Shown here: positions 9,654 through 19,875 of the stretch, one piece after another
Layout of the letters: the number at the start of each line of letters is the position of its first letter
Position numbering within the stretch: position 1 is the stretch's first letter
Source of the DNA: Bacteroidia bacterium
GTDB lineage: Bacteria > Bacteroidota > Bacteroidia > M30B66
Length of the DNA: 64,000 bases
NCBI GenBank assembly: GCA_965279035.1
Contig: OZ257142.1
Span: 3,104,001 to 3,168,000 of the forward strand
Direction of reading: 5' to 3'
Notes under the pieces: generated by a model
What the model was told of the DNA's origin: nothing
The model's input: the letters and a program-made list of their open reading frames with translations, nothing else
Databases searched by the model: none
Made by a program: the position numbers and the translations under genes

Positions 9654-10960
9654 AAAAGCAGTTTTCCTTCTTCGCATTTTGTGTATTCCAGTGTATGTTT
9701 TTGATGGCGCAAAAGCCGATCAAATCGCAAGTAATACCTCAAGTTGTTACGGCCTCCCAATTGGTTCCACTCGAAAAACTTCAATGCTATTTTGATCAAC
9801 CTTTTACATTCGATAGCAATGGAACCATTCGCCTGAGTGGACAATTTTTCTCACAGAGTAATGCTATTCCAACTCAGTTTAGTAATGTATTTCTTTTTCC
9901 GACTTTCATAACTGAAGAAATGAAATCGGCTGCTTACGATCGTTTAAAAACTACAAATCATTTTGGTGCTGAGCTCAATGCCAGTGTGATTGCCTCGTTC
10001 AGTCCCGATAGTATTTGGAAATCTCAAGGTTTGCAATTCAGAATTGGTATAGAACAAAAAAGTATCATTGCTTCTCAATTCAGCAATGATTTGTTTCATG
10101 TTTTATTTAGCGGTAATGCTGCCTATGCTGGAAAGCTTGTGACTTTTGATGAGTCATCTTTCACCTCTATTGGATATCAATCATTCAAAATAGGAATTTT
10201 ACAACGTCACCTGAATAACATGTTCAGTGTTGATTTGGGATTAGTGCACGGAATTAATTATTCGCAAGTGCTATTTAATAAAGCCAGTTTATTTACTCAA
10301 TTAGATGGAAGTTACCTCGACATCAACTGGCAAGGCAACTATTCTCAAACTGGTAGAGTTTCCAATCAATTGAAAAATCAACCCTCTATGGGAGCTTCTA
10401 TCGATCTGGAAGCACGTCAAGCATTCAATGGAAGATGGATAATTCACGAACAAATTCAGGATTTGGGATTTATCAATTGGAATCAATCAAGCACCTACAT
10501 TCCTAGCGATACCTCCTTTCGATTTAGTGGTTTACAATTTTATGATTTGTTGAATTTTGATAAAAACACAACACTGAATGTGGGTGATTCTTTACTCAAC
10601 AAACTCCAAAAAAATAAAGTTCAAACACAACAGATGACGATTCTGCCTGCTTTATTTCGATTAGAAGCAAACAGGCTTTTTGCTCGAAAAATCACTGTTG
10701 GAGCTTCTGTTCAATACCGCTACATCAAAGGATTTCAGCCAATGGCTAGCATTGAACTGGGAAAAGGATTAGGTAATAATTTGGTTAAACTTGGATTTCA
10801 TTACGGTGGTTATGGCGGATTCCAAACCAGTTTACGTGCAGTGTTAATCAATAAAACGAAACAAAGTTTTTCCATTGGAACCTATTTCACCGAAGGTTTG
10901 ATCAATCCTAAAAAATGGTCTGGAGCAGGTTTCCAAATCAACTATCAGCATCGCTTATGA
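9650..10960 (+). CDS. Putative outer-membrane beta-barrel (DUF5723-like)
   Basis: Signal peptide; LFSGNA and DLGFINW motifs; amphipathic strands with C-terminal GFQINY. Confidence 0.6.
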   Translation: MKKQFSFFAFCVFQCMFLMAQKPIKSQVIPQVVTASQLVPLEKLQCYFDQPFTFDSNGTIRLSGQFFSQSNAIPTQFSNVFLFPTFITEEMKSAAYDRLKTTNHFGAELNASVIASFSPDSIWKSQGLQFRIGIEQKSIIASQFSNDLFHVLFSGNAAYAGKLVTFDESSFTSIGYQSFKIGILQRHLNNMFSVDLGLVHGINYSQVLFNKASLFTQLDGSYLDINWQGNYSQTGRVSNQLKNQPSMGASIDLEARQAFNGRWIIHEQIQDLGFINWNQSSTYIPSDTSFRFSGLQFYDLLNFDKNTTLNVGDSLLNKLQKNKVQTQQMTILPALFRLEANRLFARKITVGASVQYRYIKGFQPMASIELGKGLGNNLVKLGFHYGGYGGFQTSLRAVLINKTKQSFSIGTYFTEGLINPKKWSGAGFQINYQHRL

Positions 10961-12390
10961 AAAATTGCTTTCTACTTTTTGCGCTGTTGTTGAGTATTTT
11001 ATCAAATGCTCAGTCATTATTTACCCGCACGTATGGCTCGCCGGGTGAATTCAATCAAAGCAATGCTGTGGCACAGTCGGCCGATTCGAACTACGTTTTC
11101 TTTGGATCAACCAGTGGTTGGGGAGCTGTAAATGGTGATATGGTCTTAGTAAAAACCGATACGTTAGGAACTACCATTTGGGAGCATATTTATGGAAATT
11201 CTGCTTCAGAAAAAGGCATTTCGGTAAAAGCCCTCAGCGATAAAGGATTTATCTTAACAGGAATAACCAACGAGAATTCAGAAGGCGATTATGATATTCG
11301 TGTCATAAGAACCGATTCGATGGGAAATCCTGTTTGGACGAAAACCTATGGTTCGCCTTTTTGGGATATTGTGGAAGATATTACAGCACTAGCCGATGGA
11401 GGATTTGCAATTGCGGCAACTTCATACAATGAACCTTATACTACTGGAACATTTTATCTATTGAAGCTCGATACGGATGGAAATCTTGTATGGGATAATT
11501 ATTTAAATCGTGGACAATCAAATTTCGCAAGAGGAATTGCAGAGTTACCTGATGGCAGTTTGCTCATTGGTGGACAAGGAACACAAAGCAATCATAGCGA
11601 CACCGACATGTTGCTAGTAAAATATTCTTCAACGGGTGATACACTTTGGTCGAACTATTATGGTACTGATACCTTGAATGAAACAGTTGCCGACATTGCT
11701 TATTCGGCCGATTTGAGAATTTGTTTAGCTGGAAATCGTACCCAAATAGAAGGAAATACACGCGAATATTTAGTGACTGTTGATGTAGATGGATTGATAT
11801 TAAACGTGAATGATTTTGTATCACCAAGACATATTGAAGTTCAATCGGTTGATTATTTCCCGGGGAATAATTCATTCGTGTTTTCGGTTAATTATACAGA
11901 TCAAAGTATAACGCGCGCCACGTTTTACCGCTTTACTGTTTTGCTCGATTATTTATGTAATGCCTCTGCAAACGATCTCGCCAATAGTTTTGCGACTGAA
12001 GCTATAGCTACTCGAGATGGATATATGCTCATGACTGGAACATATAATTCTTTAGCACCTGGAATTAGCAGTATCTTTTTGATGAAAGCAGCCATGAATT
12101 GTACATACGACAATACAGTTCAGCTAAGCATTCAAGATCAAATCGAATGGGAACATTCTTCTATTTTCCCGAATCCGAGTGAAGGAATTTTTCACATTCA
12201 AACGGAAGCAAAACCCAAAGAAATTGAAGTGCGCGATATGCAAGGTCGCTTGATGAATGTTTTATTGACATATTCTGAAGGAATGATTACGATTGAGATT
12301 CCTGATGCTGAATCGGGAGTGTATTTAATTCGTCTAATTTCTAAGGATGGAAAATCAGTAATTAACCATCGAATTTTGATTAACCGATGA
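10957..12390 (+). CDS. T9SS type A cargo protein with beta-propeller-like repeats
   Basis: Signal peptide; repeated KTDxxGxxxWxxxYG; CTD IFPNPS...GVYLIRL. Confidence 0.85.
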   Translation: MKNCFLLFALLLSILSNAQSLFTRTYGSPGEFNQSNAVAQSADSNYVFFGSTSGWGAVNGDMVLVKTDTLGTTIWEHIYGNSASEKGISVKALSDKGFILTGITNENSEGDYDIRVIRTDSMGNPVWTKTYGSPFWDIVEDITALADGGFAIAATSYNEPYTTGTFYLLKLDTDGNLVWDNYLNRGQSNFARGIAELPDGSLLIGGQGTQSNHSDTDMLLVKYSSTGDTLWSNYYGTDTLNETVADIAYSADLRICLAGNRTQIEGNTREYLVTVDVDGLILNVNDFVSPRHIEVQSVDYFPGNNSFVFSVNYTDQSITRATFYRFTVLLDYLCNASANDLANSFATEAIATRDGYMLMTGTYNSLAPGISSIFLMKAAMNCTYDNTVQLSIQDQIEWEHSSIFPNPSEGIFHIQTEAKPKEIEVRDMQGRLMNVLLTYSEGMITIEIPDAESGVYLIRLISKDGKSVINHRILINR

Positions 12391-13133
12391 GTTTAAAGTC
12401 TGCGCTCAAACGTATCTTAAAGCAAGCTTTGTGGAACTTGCATTTGGATGTCACACGCAATATGAAATATGATCGGTATACCCTTCGATTATTTCAAACG
12501 CTTTTAAAAGAGGAGAGTAATTGTGTTGATATTGGTTGCCACAAAGGAGAGATTTTAGAATGGATACTTCGTTTTTCGCCCAAAGGAGAGCACTATGCTT
12601 TTGAGCCTATTCCATTTTTATTTGAGGGATTGAAAAATAAATTTGATTTCCCCAATGTGCATTTATTCAATTTAGCCTTGAGTAAAGAAGCCGGCCGATT
12701 GAATTTTACTGTTGTCAAAAATGCACCTGCTTACAGTGGAATTAAACAACGGAAATACGCAGTAGAAAATCCCGATTTAGAAATTATAGAAGTCAATGTT
12801 GAACGTTTAGATGATATCATTCCTCCTTCAAAGAAAATTCGCTTGATTAAGCTGGATGTTGAAGGAGCCGAATTGGATGTTCTTAAAGGAACAAGCCGTA
12901 TACTCAAAGAAAGCAGACCATGTGTGTTGTTTGAATTTGGATTAGGCTCAGCTGAATTTTATCAAGCTTCACCTGAGGAAATGTTTCAATTAATGCGAGA
13001 AAATGACATGCTGCTTTTTACTTTGAAAAATTGGTTTCAAACGAAAATTGCACTCACAGAATCTGAATTTATTTCGAATTTTAAAATGAATTCGGAATAT
13101 TATTTTTTAGCTGTTCCGCAGGAAGAAGCCTGA
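12387..13133 (+). CDS. FkbM-family methyltransferase
   Basis: VDIGCHKG, AFEPIP, IKLDVEGAE. Confidence 0.9.
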   Translation: MSLKSALKRILKQALWNLHLDVTRNMKYDRYTLRLFQTLLKEESNCVDIGCHKGEILEWILRFSPKGEHYAFEPIPFLFEGLKNKFDFPNVHLFNLALSKEAGRLNFTVVKNAPAYSGIKQRKYAVENPDLEIIEVNVERLDDIIPPSKKIRLIKLDVEGAELDVLKGTSRILKESRPCVLFEFGLGSAEFYQASPEEMFQLMRENDMLLFTLKNWFQTKIALTESEFISNFKMNSEYYFLAVPQEEA

Positions 13134-13136
13134 AAA

Positions 13137-14738
13137 TTATTTCTGTAAATCTGCTATTCGGTAGGCGACAAGATTTTGGTATTCGCCCAGCTTTTTGGGA
13201 AAGAATTTTAGCAAGTGACGTTTATTAACGATTGCTGTATCATTCACAATTAAATATTGAACACCTTTTTGAATAAAGGATTGCACATTGCTCGAATCGA
13301 TAACACCATTTCGAATCGCATAATCGGTATAGCCTTTTAAATCGAGTTTTGATAAGCTGATATTAGGACTTTGATCAGGCAAACTCAAAACACGATCTGT
13401 TCGTTTAATTCCTAAGCTTTTCAGCCAAGGTGAAGCAGTCAACATCGCTTCTTGATGCGTGATTTCGTATGCATGTAAATAATCGTTTTGCCCCGATAAA
13501 TCAGCCGAAATAGCAGGATCATTTTTCCCTAAAAAATCGGAAGCATTGTATCGCATTCTCACCTGAGCCCCAGCATTTAACACCATAAAAAACAATAGCA
13601 AACCAGCAGCAAATCGAGCTCCTTTCGTGTTTAAGATTTCAGGGAATTTCTGCTGAACATATACAATTAGAGAAATGAATATCACCGGAACAATTGCAAG
13701 CATGTTGAGTAAATAATACTCATGCACATTAAATACTTGGAAAAAGAGTAGAATAAAGAATAAAAATCCAAGCAATATCAATCCAGTTGCCCATTGGAAA
13801 AAAGGCAAAGTGCGTTCACGCGTAATGAAAATGAGTGCACAAAAAATGAGTCCGTGTAAAACTGCCGATGGGAAAAATTGTGGAATGAGTTCATTATAGA
13901 GCAATCGCATGATGGTGTATTGCTCTGCTGATGAAAGTTCCCAAATGGGTAAAATTCCAATGAGGAAAATATTGTCGTTATGCGCTGCATTGTAATGCGC
14001 TGCAAAGCTTATCCAAGATGCCATGAGCAAGATAAGGAGCAACATAGAAATTCCTGTTTGAATGGGTTGAGGAAAGAGTTTTCCTGTTTTTTTAAAACGA
14101 ACAATTCCACTCAGTTCTAAAAAGAAAATTCCCAATAAAGTAGCAAAACCAATGAGTGCTGATGCTTTGATTAATCCTGCTAGTAAAAAGAAAAATTGGG
14201 AGATATAAAGCTGATTGATTTTCAATTTGACCGAATAGTTCCAAAAGAAAAACCAGGCTATGAGCGAAATTCCCAAAGCTGGAGCATCGGCCATAAATGT
14301 ATTGGTGTAAAATGCTAAAACAGGGGAACTAAATAAGGAAAGAACAACAAAGGCCGCCCAAAACCGACTTTTAAATAAACCCAAACACAGCTTAAACAGA
14401 CAAATTAATCCAGCAAAAACAATGAGAGTATTGAACAATCTAAAAATGAAATACTGCTTTCCTGTAATATGCCAAATGGCTGCTACAGAATAATAGATAA
14501 TAGGAAATTCAGAAATCGTTTTCCCATCACCGGTTTCATTCAGGTAATGTTGCGATGGTTCAAAGAAGTGCATGCCTTCTTCGTAATAATTTACTGTAAA
14601 AGAAAGACAATCGCTTTGTCGCCAAGCGTGGTTCGAATACGCTGCTTTATTGTAAACAGAGAAATAATTATAAAAAGCCGCCATTGCTGTAAGAAGAATG
14701 AGAACAGTAATGGACGGGTATTTTTTGAGCATTTTCAA
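13137..14738 (-). CDS. GT-C membrane glycosyltransferase (ArnT/PMT, GT39-like)
   Basis: Many TM segments; HAWRQSD and EFPIIYY loop motifs. Confidence 0.7.
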   Translation of the reverse strand: MKMLKKYPSITVLILLTAMAAFYNYFSVYNKAAYSNHAWRQSDCLSFTVNYYEEGMHFFEPSQHYLNETGDGKTISEFPIIYYSVAAIWHITGKQYFIFRLFNTLIVFAGLICLFKLCLGLFKSRFWAAFVVLSLFSSPVLAFYTNTFMADAPALGISLIAWFFFWNYSVKLKINQLYISQFFFLLAGLIKASALIGFATLLGIFFLELSGIVRFKKTGKLFPQPIQTGISMLLLILLMASWISFAAHYNAAHNDNIFLIGILPIWELSSAEQYTIMRLLYNELIPQFFPSAVLHGLIFCALIFITRERTLPFFQWATGLILLGFLFFILLFFQVFNVHEYYLLNMLAIVPVIFISLIVYVQQKFPEILNTKGARFAAGLLLFFMVLNAGAQVRMRYNASDFLGKNDPAISADLSGQNDYLHAYEITHQEAMLTASPWLKSLGIKRTDRVLSLPDQSPNISLSKLDLKGYTDYAIRNGVIDSSNVQSFIQKGVQYLIVNDTAIVNKRHLLKFFPKKLGEYQNLVAYRIADLQK

Positions 14739-14790
14739 TGGATTTATTTCAGCAAACTAAATGACTGAAATTCTTTGTTGAAAGAAAAAT

Positions 14791-14837
14791 AAAATGCCGG
14801 TTACATCAGAAAAATTGCTGAAAATAACCGGCATTTT
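14791..14837. terminator. Terminator hairpin downstream of cphA
   Basis: AAAATGCCGGTTA...TAACCGGCATTTT inverted repeat. Confidence 0.7.
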
Positions 14838-14849
14838 GAACTATCAATA

Positions 14850-17498
14850 TTAACTTACAGTATGAATATCACGTGGTTGAAGTTGAAAGCTATCTTCTTC
14901 TTCTTTGAATTTCATCACTTGATCTAATGCATCAGGTACAACATCGCTGCAAATAACAATGAATGAACCTTTAACTGCAGTTGTTAATGCATGAATGATG
15001 GCTTCTTTCTCCGTTGGAATCACTTTTACCTGTTTCGTTGAATCGATTGTACGAACTCCATCTAACATGAAATTGATGATCTCATCTTCGGAACGACCAC
15101 GCAAATTGCGATCTTGACGTATAATGATTTCATCGAACATCTGAGCAGCCACTTTACCCAATGAAATAATATCTTCATCGCGGCGATCACCAACACCAGC
15201 TATAATTCCAATTTTTGGTGTTGCCTCCACTTTTTCGAGGAAACGACTGATTGCTTGGAAACCTGCGGTATTATGCGCATAATCGACCATAACCTGGAAG
15301 TTGCGGAATTGGAACATGTTCATTCGTCCCGGTGTTTGGGTTGGTGATGGAATGAATGTTTCCAATGCCAAACGCATATCCTCGATTTTAAATCCTTGGA
15401 GGAATCCTGCTAATACAGCCGGAAGTATGTTATAAATATTGAATACCGCTTTTCCAGAAAATGTCAAAGGAATGTTGATCACTTTATCGACACGGATTTT
15501 CCAATTGCCTTTGCAAATAGTAACGTAACCATCTTCTACTATGGCAGCATATCCACCTTCGTTGCAATGTTTCACGATGCGTGGATTATTCGCATCTAAA
15601 CTAAACAATGCCACTTTGGAACGAAGCTCACTTTGCATTCCAAATACATAATCATCATCAGCATTTAAAATAGCATAACCGTCCGATTTCACACTTGCAG
15701 GAACAACGGCTTTTACACGCGCCATGTCTTCGAGTGTATTGATGTCTTTCAATCCTAAGTGATCGGCTGCGAGATTAGTCACTATGGCCATATCGCAGGA
15801 ATGAAATCCTAAACCAGCTCGTAAAATTCCTCCACGCGCAGTTTCAAGAACAGCAAAATCGACTGTTGGATCTTTCAATACAAACTCAGCACTTACCGGA
15901 CCGGTACAATCGCCGCTTTGAAGCATGCGGTTTTGGATGTAAATACCATCGGTAGTAGTAAAGCCTACTTTGTATCCCATTGTCTTTACTATATGGGCAA
16001 GCAGACGAGTTGTGGTGGTTTTTCCATTCGTACCTGTAACAGCAATAATAGGAATACGAGCAGAAGTTCCCGGAGGGAAAAGCATGTCGATTACCGGTTC
16101 TGCTACGTTGCGTGGTAAACCTTCGGTTGGAGCAATGTGCATACGGAAACCAGGAGCTGCATTGACTTCCAAAATTGCACCTCCATTTTCATTAATAGGC
16201 GATGTGAGATCGGGTGCCATGATGTCGATACCGCAAATGTCGAGTCCAACAATTTTAGCAATACGCTCTGCCATGAATACATTATACGGATGCACCAAAT
16301 CGGTAATATCGGTTGCGGTTCCACCAGTGCTGAGATTTGCCGTCGATTTTAGATAAACGATTTCCCCATCAGCAAGCACCGTTTCTAAACTGAGGTTTTT
16401 CTCTTTGAGTATGTTCAAAGTCATTTCGTCGACCTTGATAGCAGTGAGGACTTTTTCGTGTCCATATCCACGACGCGGATCTTTGTTGACTTCGTTGATT
16501 AATTCTTGAATGCTCTGTTTTCCATTTCCGGTAACAGCGGCAGGAGTTCGTTTAGCAGCAGCAACCAATTTGTAATTGATTACTAAGAGACGAAAATCGA
16601 ATCCAGTGATAAAGCGTTCGCAGATAACACCACGAGAAACTTTCTTAGCTGCAGCAAGTGCTTCCTGAGCATCGGCCCAATTGGTAACGTTGATGGTTGC
16701 TCCACGACCGTGATTTCCACTTACTGGTTTTAATACAATTGGATACCCGACTTTACGAACGGCATCTTCGAGATCTTCTTCGTCATATACTATGTATCCT
16801 TTAGGAACTGAAATACCAGCAGCATCTAAGAGGTTTTTGGTTTCTTCTTTATCGCAGGCAATTTCGACAGCAATATTAGAAGTGGTGCTGGCAACGGTTG
16901 CTTGAATACGTTTTTGGTTGACACCATAGCCTAATTGTACAAGCGAATGGCGATTAAGTCGAATCCACGGAATGCCGCGTGCTTCGGCTTCTTCGACGAT
17001 GGAACCAGTAGATGGACCTAGACGTTCGTCTTCGCGAATTTCGCGCATCGATTGAATGTCAGAATCGAGGTCGTACGATTCGCCATTAACGAGTGCTTGA
17101 GCAATACGCACAGCCGATTTAGCAGCATAAATTCCCACTTTTTCTTCGGCGTAGGCAAATACGACATTGTAGATTCCTTCTTCGGAAGTGCTACGAGTAC
17201 GACCAAAACCGACTTCCATGCCAGCTAAAGTTTGAATTTCGAGTGCGATGTGTTCGATCACATGCCCCATCCATGTACCGCGACGAACACGATAGAAGAA
17301 TCCACCCGCTTTGGTTTCGGAGCAGCGATGTTCGTACATGCTCGGAAATAAGGCTTCGAGACGATCGGCAAAACCATCAATTTTATCGGTTGGTCGTTCT
17401 TCAAGTTCCTCAATATCAAGCTTCATGACAATGAGTTTGCGGCGACGAATTGACCAATAATTGGGACCGCGCATGGCCCTTATTTCGAGTATTTTCAT
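14850..17498 (-). CDS. cphA: Cyanophycin synthetase CphA1
   Basis: GPNYWS N domain with C59/H79/E82/H83; ATP-grasp (GNHGRG, EVNAAPG); Mur-ligase domain (VTGTNGKTT, DYAHN). Confidence 0.97.
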   Translation of the reverse strand: MKILEIRAMRGPNYWSIRRRKLIVMKLDIEELEERPTDKIDGFADRLEALFPSMYEHRCSETKAGGFFYRVRRGTWMGHVIEHIALEIQTLAGMEVGFGRTRSTSEEGIYNVVFAYAEEKVGIYAAKSAVRIAQALVNGESYDLDSDIQSMREIREDERLGPSTGSIVEEAEARGIPWIRLNRHSLVQLGYGVNQKRIQATVASTTSNIAVEIACDKEETKNLLDAAGISVPKGYIVYDEEDLEDAVRKVGYPIVLKPVSGNHGRGATINVTNWADAQEALAAAKKVSRGVICERFITGFDFRLLVINYKLVAAAKRTPAAVTGNGKQSIQELINEVNKDPRRGYGHEKVLTAIKVDEMTLNILKEKNLSLETVLADGEIVYLKSTANLSTGGTATDITDLVHPYNVFMAERIAKIVGLDICGIDIMAPDLTSPINENGGAILEVNAAPGFRMHIAPTEGLPRNVAEPVIDMLFPPGTSARIPIIAVTGTNGKTTTTRLLAHIVKTMGYKVGFTTTDGIYIQNRMLQSGDCTGPVSAEFVLKDPTVDFAVLETARGGILRAGLGFHSCDMAIVTNLAADHLGLKDINTLEDMARVKAVVPASVKSDGYAILNADDDYVFGMQSELRSKVALFSLDANNPRIVKHCNEGGYAAIVEDGYVTICKGNWKIRVDKVINIPLTFSGKAVFNIYNILPAVLAGFLQGFKIEDMRLALETFIPSPTQTPGRMNMFQFRNFQVMVDYAHNTAGFQAISRFLEKVEATPKIGIIAGVGDRRDEDIISLGKVAAQMFDEIIIRQDRNLRGRSEDEIINFMLDGVRTIDSTKQVKVIPTEKEAIIHALTTAVKGSFIVICSDVVPDALDQVMKFKEEEDSFQLQPRDIHTVS

Positions 17499-17575
17499 AG
17501 AGAGTGAGTGGTACTTGCTGCCTAAAATAGGTATTTATACTGCATTGTTGAATTTTGAATGAAAATTAATCGATT

Positions 17576-17764
17576 GGAATGGATTGAAATCCATTAGTGT
17601 TGGGAAATAGGATTGAAATCCATTTATATAGGGGAAATGGATTGAAATCCATTTGTGCTGTAGGAATAATGCTGCATGTTCATATTTATGATTAGCAAAA
17701 CCAGTTGTGTTGGGGAAATAGGATTGAAATCCTATTATGCTGTAGGACTTTAGCTGCATATTCC
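17576..17764. repeat. Cluster of four REP-like palindromes (core GGATTGAAATCC)
   Basis: Core at 17581, 17610, 17639, 17721; second motif TGCTGTAGGA-N5-GCTGCAT-like occurs twice. Confidence 0.8.
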
Positions 17765-17798
17765 TTATAAATTACTCTTAAATTAAATTATTCTTTAA

Positions 17799-18819
17799 AC
17801 CCGTTGTGCGGTTGAATATGTAGATAATTAATTTAAAATAAGGTTGTGCATTAAGCTGATATACAGTATATTAGAAGAGTTCTCACACAAATCTAATATG
17901 CACAACCTCATAGCGAATATAACCAAGTTTCGTCAATTGCTAATCGAAGTATATGGCGCTGATAATCTGACAAATGGAAATTTTCGTCGATACTCGAACC
18001 AGCCTAAAGCTTCAGATATTGAGATAGTTGCATTGGCTTTTACAGCAGAAGCAATGCAAATAGATTCTGAAAACATGCTATTCTCAATTCTAAGAAATTC
18101 ATATCCACAGTATTGCAAAACACTTCCAGACAGAACTAATTTCAATCGACGCAGAAGATTCTTGCAGCCTTTTATTGATCAGCTCTCTGAAAAACTAAGT
18201 AATGAACTTTCTGAAGGAGAAGAAACTTTTATCATAGATTCAATGCCTCTTCCAATTTGTCGTTTTGTTCGTTGTAGTAATCTTAAAATTATGAAAGATG
18301 ATCTTGATTTTTTGCCTGCAAAAGGATTTTCTGCAATTGATAAAACGCATTATTTTGGTTATAAACTCAATATGGTTGTTAGCTCAAATTCAGTAATCAA
18401 TAATTTCGCTATAACGCAAGCAAATGTGCATGATGTAAAGACTTTAGATGATATGACAAAAGGGTTTTTAGAGAATGTAAATTTGCTTGGGGACAAAGGT
18501 TATATTGGGAAAAACATCCAATTAAGTTTATTCAAAGAATACTCAGTAAAATTGATTACACCATTGCGTGGAAATCAAGTTGGACCAACTCAATGGAATC
18601 CACTATATCGCAAAACAAGAAAAAGAATCGAAACAACCTTTTCTCAATTCTGTGATCAGTTCTCAATTAAAAAGAATTTTGCTAAAAGCTTTTATGGATT
18701 CTTTGCACGAATCACTAGTAAAATAGGGGCATTCACTTGTCTACAATACTTGAATATGATCAATCAAAGACCTCTAAACCAGGTCAAACATACTTTGGCT
18801 TTTTAACCGCACAACGGGT
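17799..18819 (+). mobile_element. IS982-family insertion sequence, 1021 bp, apparently intact
   Basis: IRL ACCCGTTGTGCGGTTGAA (17799-17816); IRR TTTAACCGCACAACGGGT (18802-18819); 7-bp TSD TCTTTAA at 17792-17798 and 18820-18826. Confidence 0.95.
17898..18806 (+). CDS. IS982-family DDE transposase
   Basis: FNRRRR, IIDSMPLPIC, YFGYKL, HD, GDKGY, RKRIETTFSQ; stop lies inside IRR. Confidence 0.95.
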   Translation: MHNLIANITKFRQLLIEVYGADNLTNGNFRRYSNQPKASDIEIVALAFTAEAMQIDSENMLFSILRNSYPQYCKTLPDRTNFNRRRRFLQPFIDQLSEKLSNELSEGEETFIIDSMPLPICRFVRCSNLKIMKDDLDFLPAKGFSAIDKTHYFGYKLNMVVSSNSVINNFAITQANVHDVKTLDDMTKGFLENVNLLGDKGYIGKNIQLSLFKEYSVKLITPLRGNQVGPTQWNPLYRKTRKRIETTFSQFCDQFSIKKNFAKSFYGFFARITSKIGAFTCLQYLNMINQRPLNQVKHTLAF

Positions 18820-19601
18820 TCTTTAAGATTATATTTAAAGAAAAATGCATTCTGATTTTGATATTTAAAAATTTTACGAGTTTCTCCAAATTCTAATTTT
18901 CTTCCACAAATTGAAGTATCTACAGTCATTTCAAAAGATTGACTTTGATAATTTGAAATCTCACTAACATGGAAACTATTATCAATTTTAATTGTATCAT
19001 TTTTAGAATAAAGCGTGATAATGTTTCTCACATTAATTGGACTAGAATCTTTGATAAATAATATTTTTTTAATATTCCTCGTCCCTGGTACTTTAGGCAA
19101 ATCACAATGAATATATCTTTCATTTACAATGTTGAAATTAGAAAGTACAATCGCTGAATGATCAGGAATTGTAATTTTTTCTTTGTCTTTAATTTCATTT
19201 GAATATTCTTCTTTAATAACACTACTTGATGTTGAACTATTCCAATTATAGCGAGAATAAGGATTATAGCTTGAACTTGTATAAGTTCTTGATGAAGAAA
19301 ATGTACTTCTTATTGCTTTATTCTCGAAATATTCAGATGAAATATTATTGAGTATATAAAATGATTTTTGCAAATCAATAACCATTTCATTATCGGTTTT
19401 ATTCATGATCTCAATCGCTAAATTTCCACCTTCTGACCATAATTTATAAGTCACTTTCAACTTGCTATCTTCATAAATTAGATTGTTTTCATCTTTGAAA
19501 TTTTTATCTCCCTTTACTTCATATAACTGATAGTAATCTAATGATGTACATGAAGTTAATAATGCAATAGCTGGTAGTAATAATGTTAAAATTGTTTTCA
19601 T
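18774..19601 (-). CDS. Hypothetical lipoprotein; C-terminus extended by IS982 insertion
   Basis: LTSC lipobox after ATG 19601; very AT-rich; last 14 codons read from the IS right end. Confidence 0.75.
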   Translation of the reverse strand: MKTILTLLLPAIALLTSCTSLDYYQLYEVKGDKNFKDENNLIYEDSKLKVTYKLWSEGGNLAIEIMNKTDNEMVIDLQKSFYILNNISSEYFENKAIRSTFSSSRTYTSSSYNPYSRYNWNSSTSSSVIKEEYSNEIKDKEKITIPDHSAIVLSNFNIVNERYIHCDLPKVPGTRNIKKILFIKDSSPINVRNIITLYSKNDTIKIDNSFHVSEISNYQSQSFEMTVDTSICGRKLEFGETRKIFKYQNQNAFFFKYNLKEPVVRLKSQSMFDLV

Positions 19602-19668
19602 GAGATTAGTTTTTTTCAAATTTAATAGAATCAAGCTCTAAATCCACTAATATATGATTAGCTGAACT

Positions 19669-19786
19669 TTTGGCTTAGCCCCGAAGGGGTTTACGGTAGA
19701 GCGGATTACCCCGGCTCCGACGAAGGAGGAACGGAGTATGAGCGATGACGCGGCACAGGCCTTTTGGGGACTGGGCAAGCCCCAAA
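19669..19786. repeat. GC-rich palindromic intergenic element
   Basis: GC-rich island in AT-rich spacer; imperfect terminal IR (TTTGGCTTAGCCC / GGGCAAGCCCCAAA); internal GCCCC-GAA-GGGGT hairpin. Confidence 0.45.
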
Positions 19787-19875
19787 TTGAGTAGAAATAG
19801 GTAGATTGTTAAAATACTGTGTAAAAAACGCTGCAATTCGTATGTGTTTTTGGGTTGATTGCCTATTCATTCCTG

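Noticed and set aside
15918-17428. Antisense and alternate-frame ORFs within cphA, and similar short ORFs inside other long genes
   Set aside because: Shadow ORFs of well-supported genes with no independent motifs or promoters
17576-17740. Possible CRISPR array (repeats contain ATTGAAAT)
   Set aside because: Period is only 29 bp, leaving about 8-nt spacers; spacing is irregular; no cas genes in the window
17535-17759. 74-aa minus-strand ORF with repeated GFQSYFP
   Set aside because: Simply the translation of the palindromic repeats; no coding support
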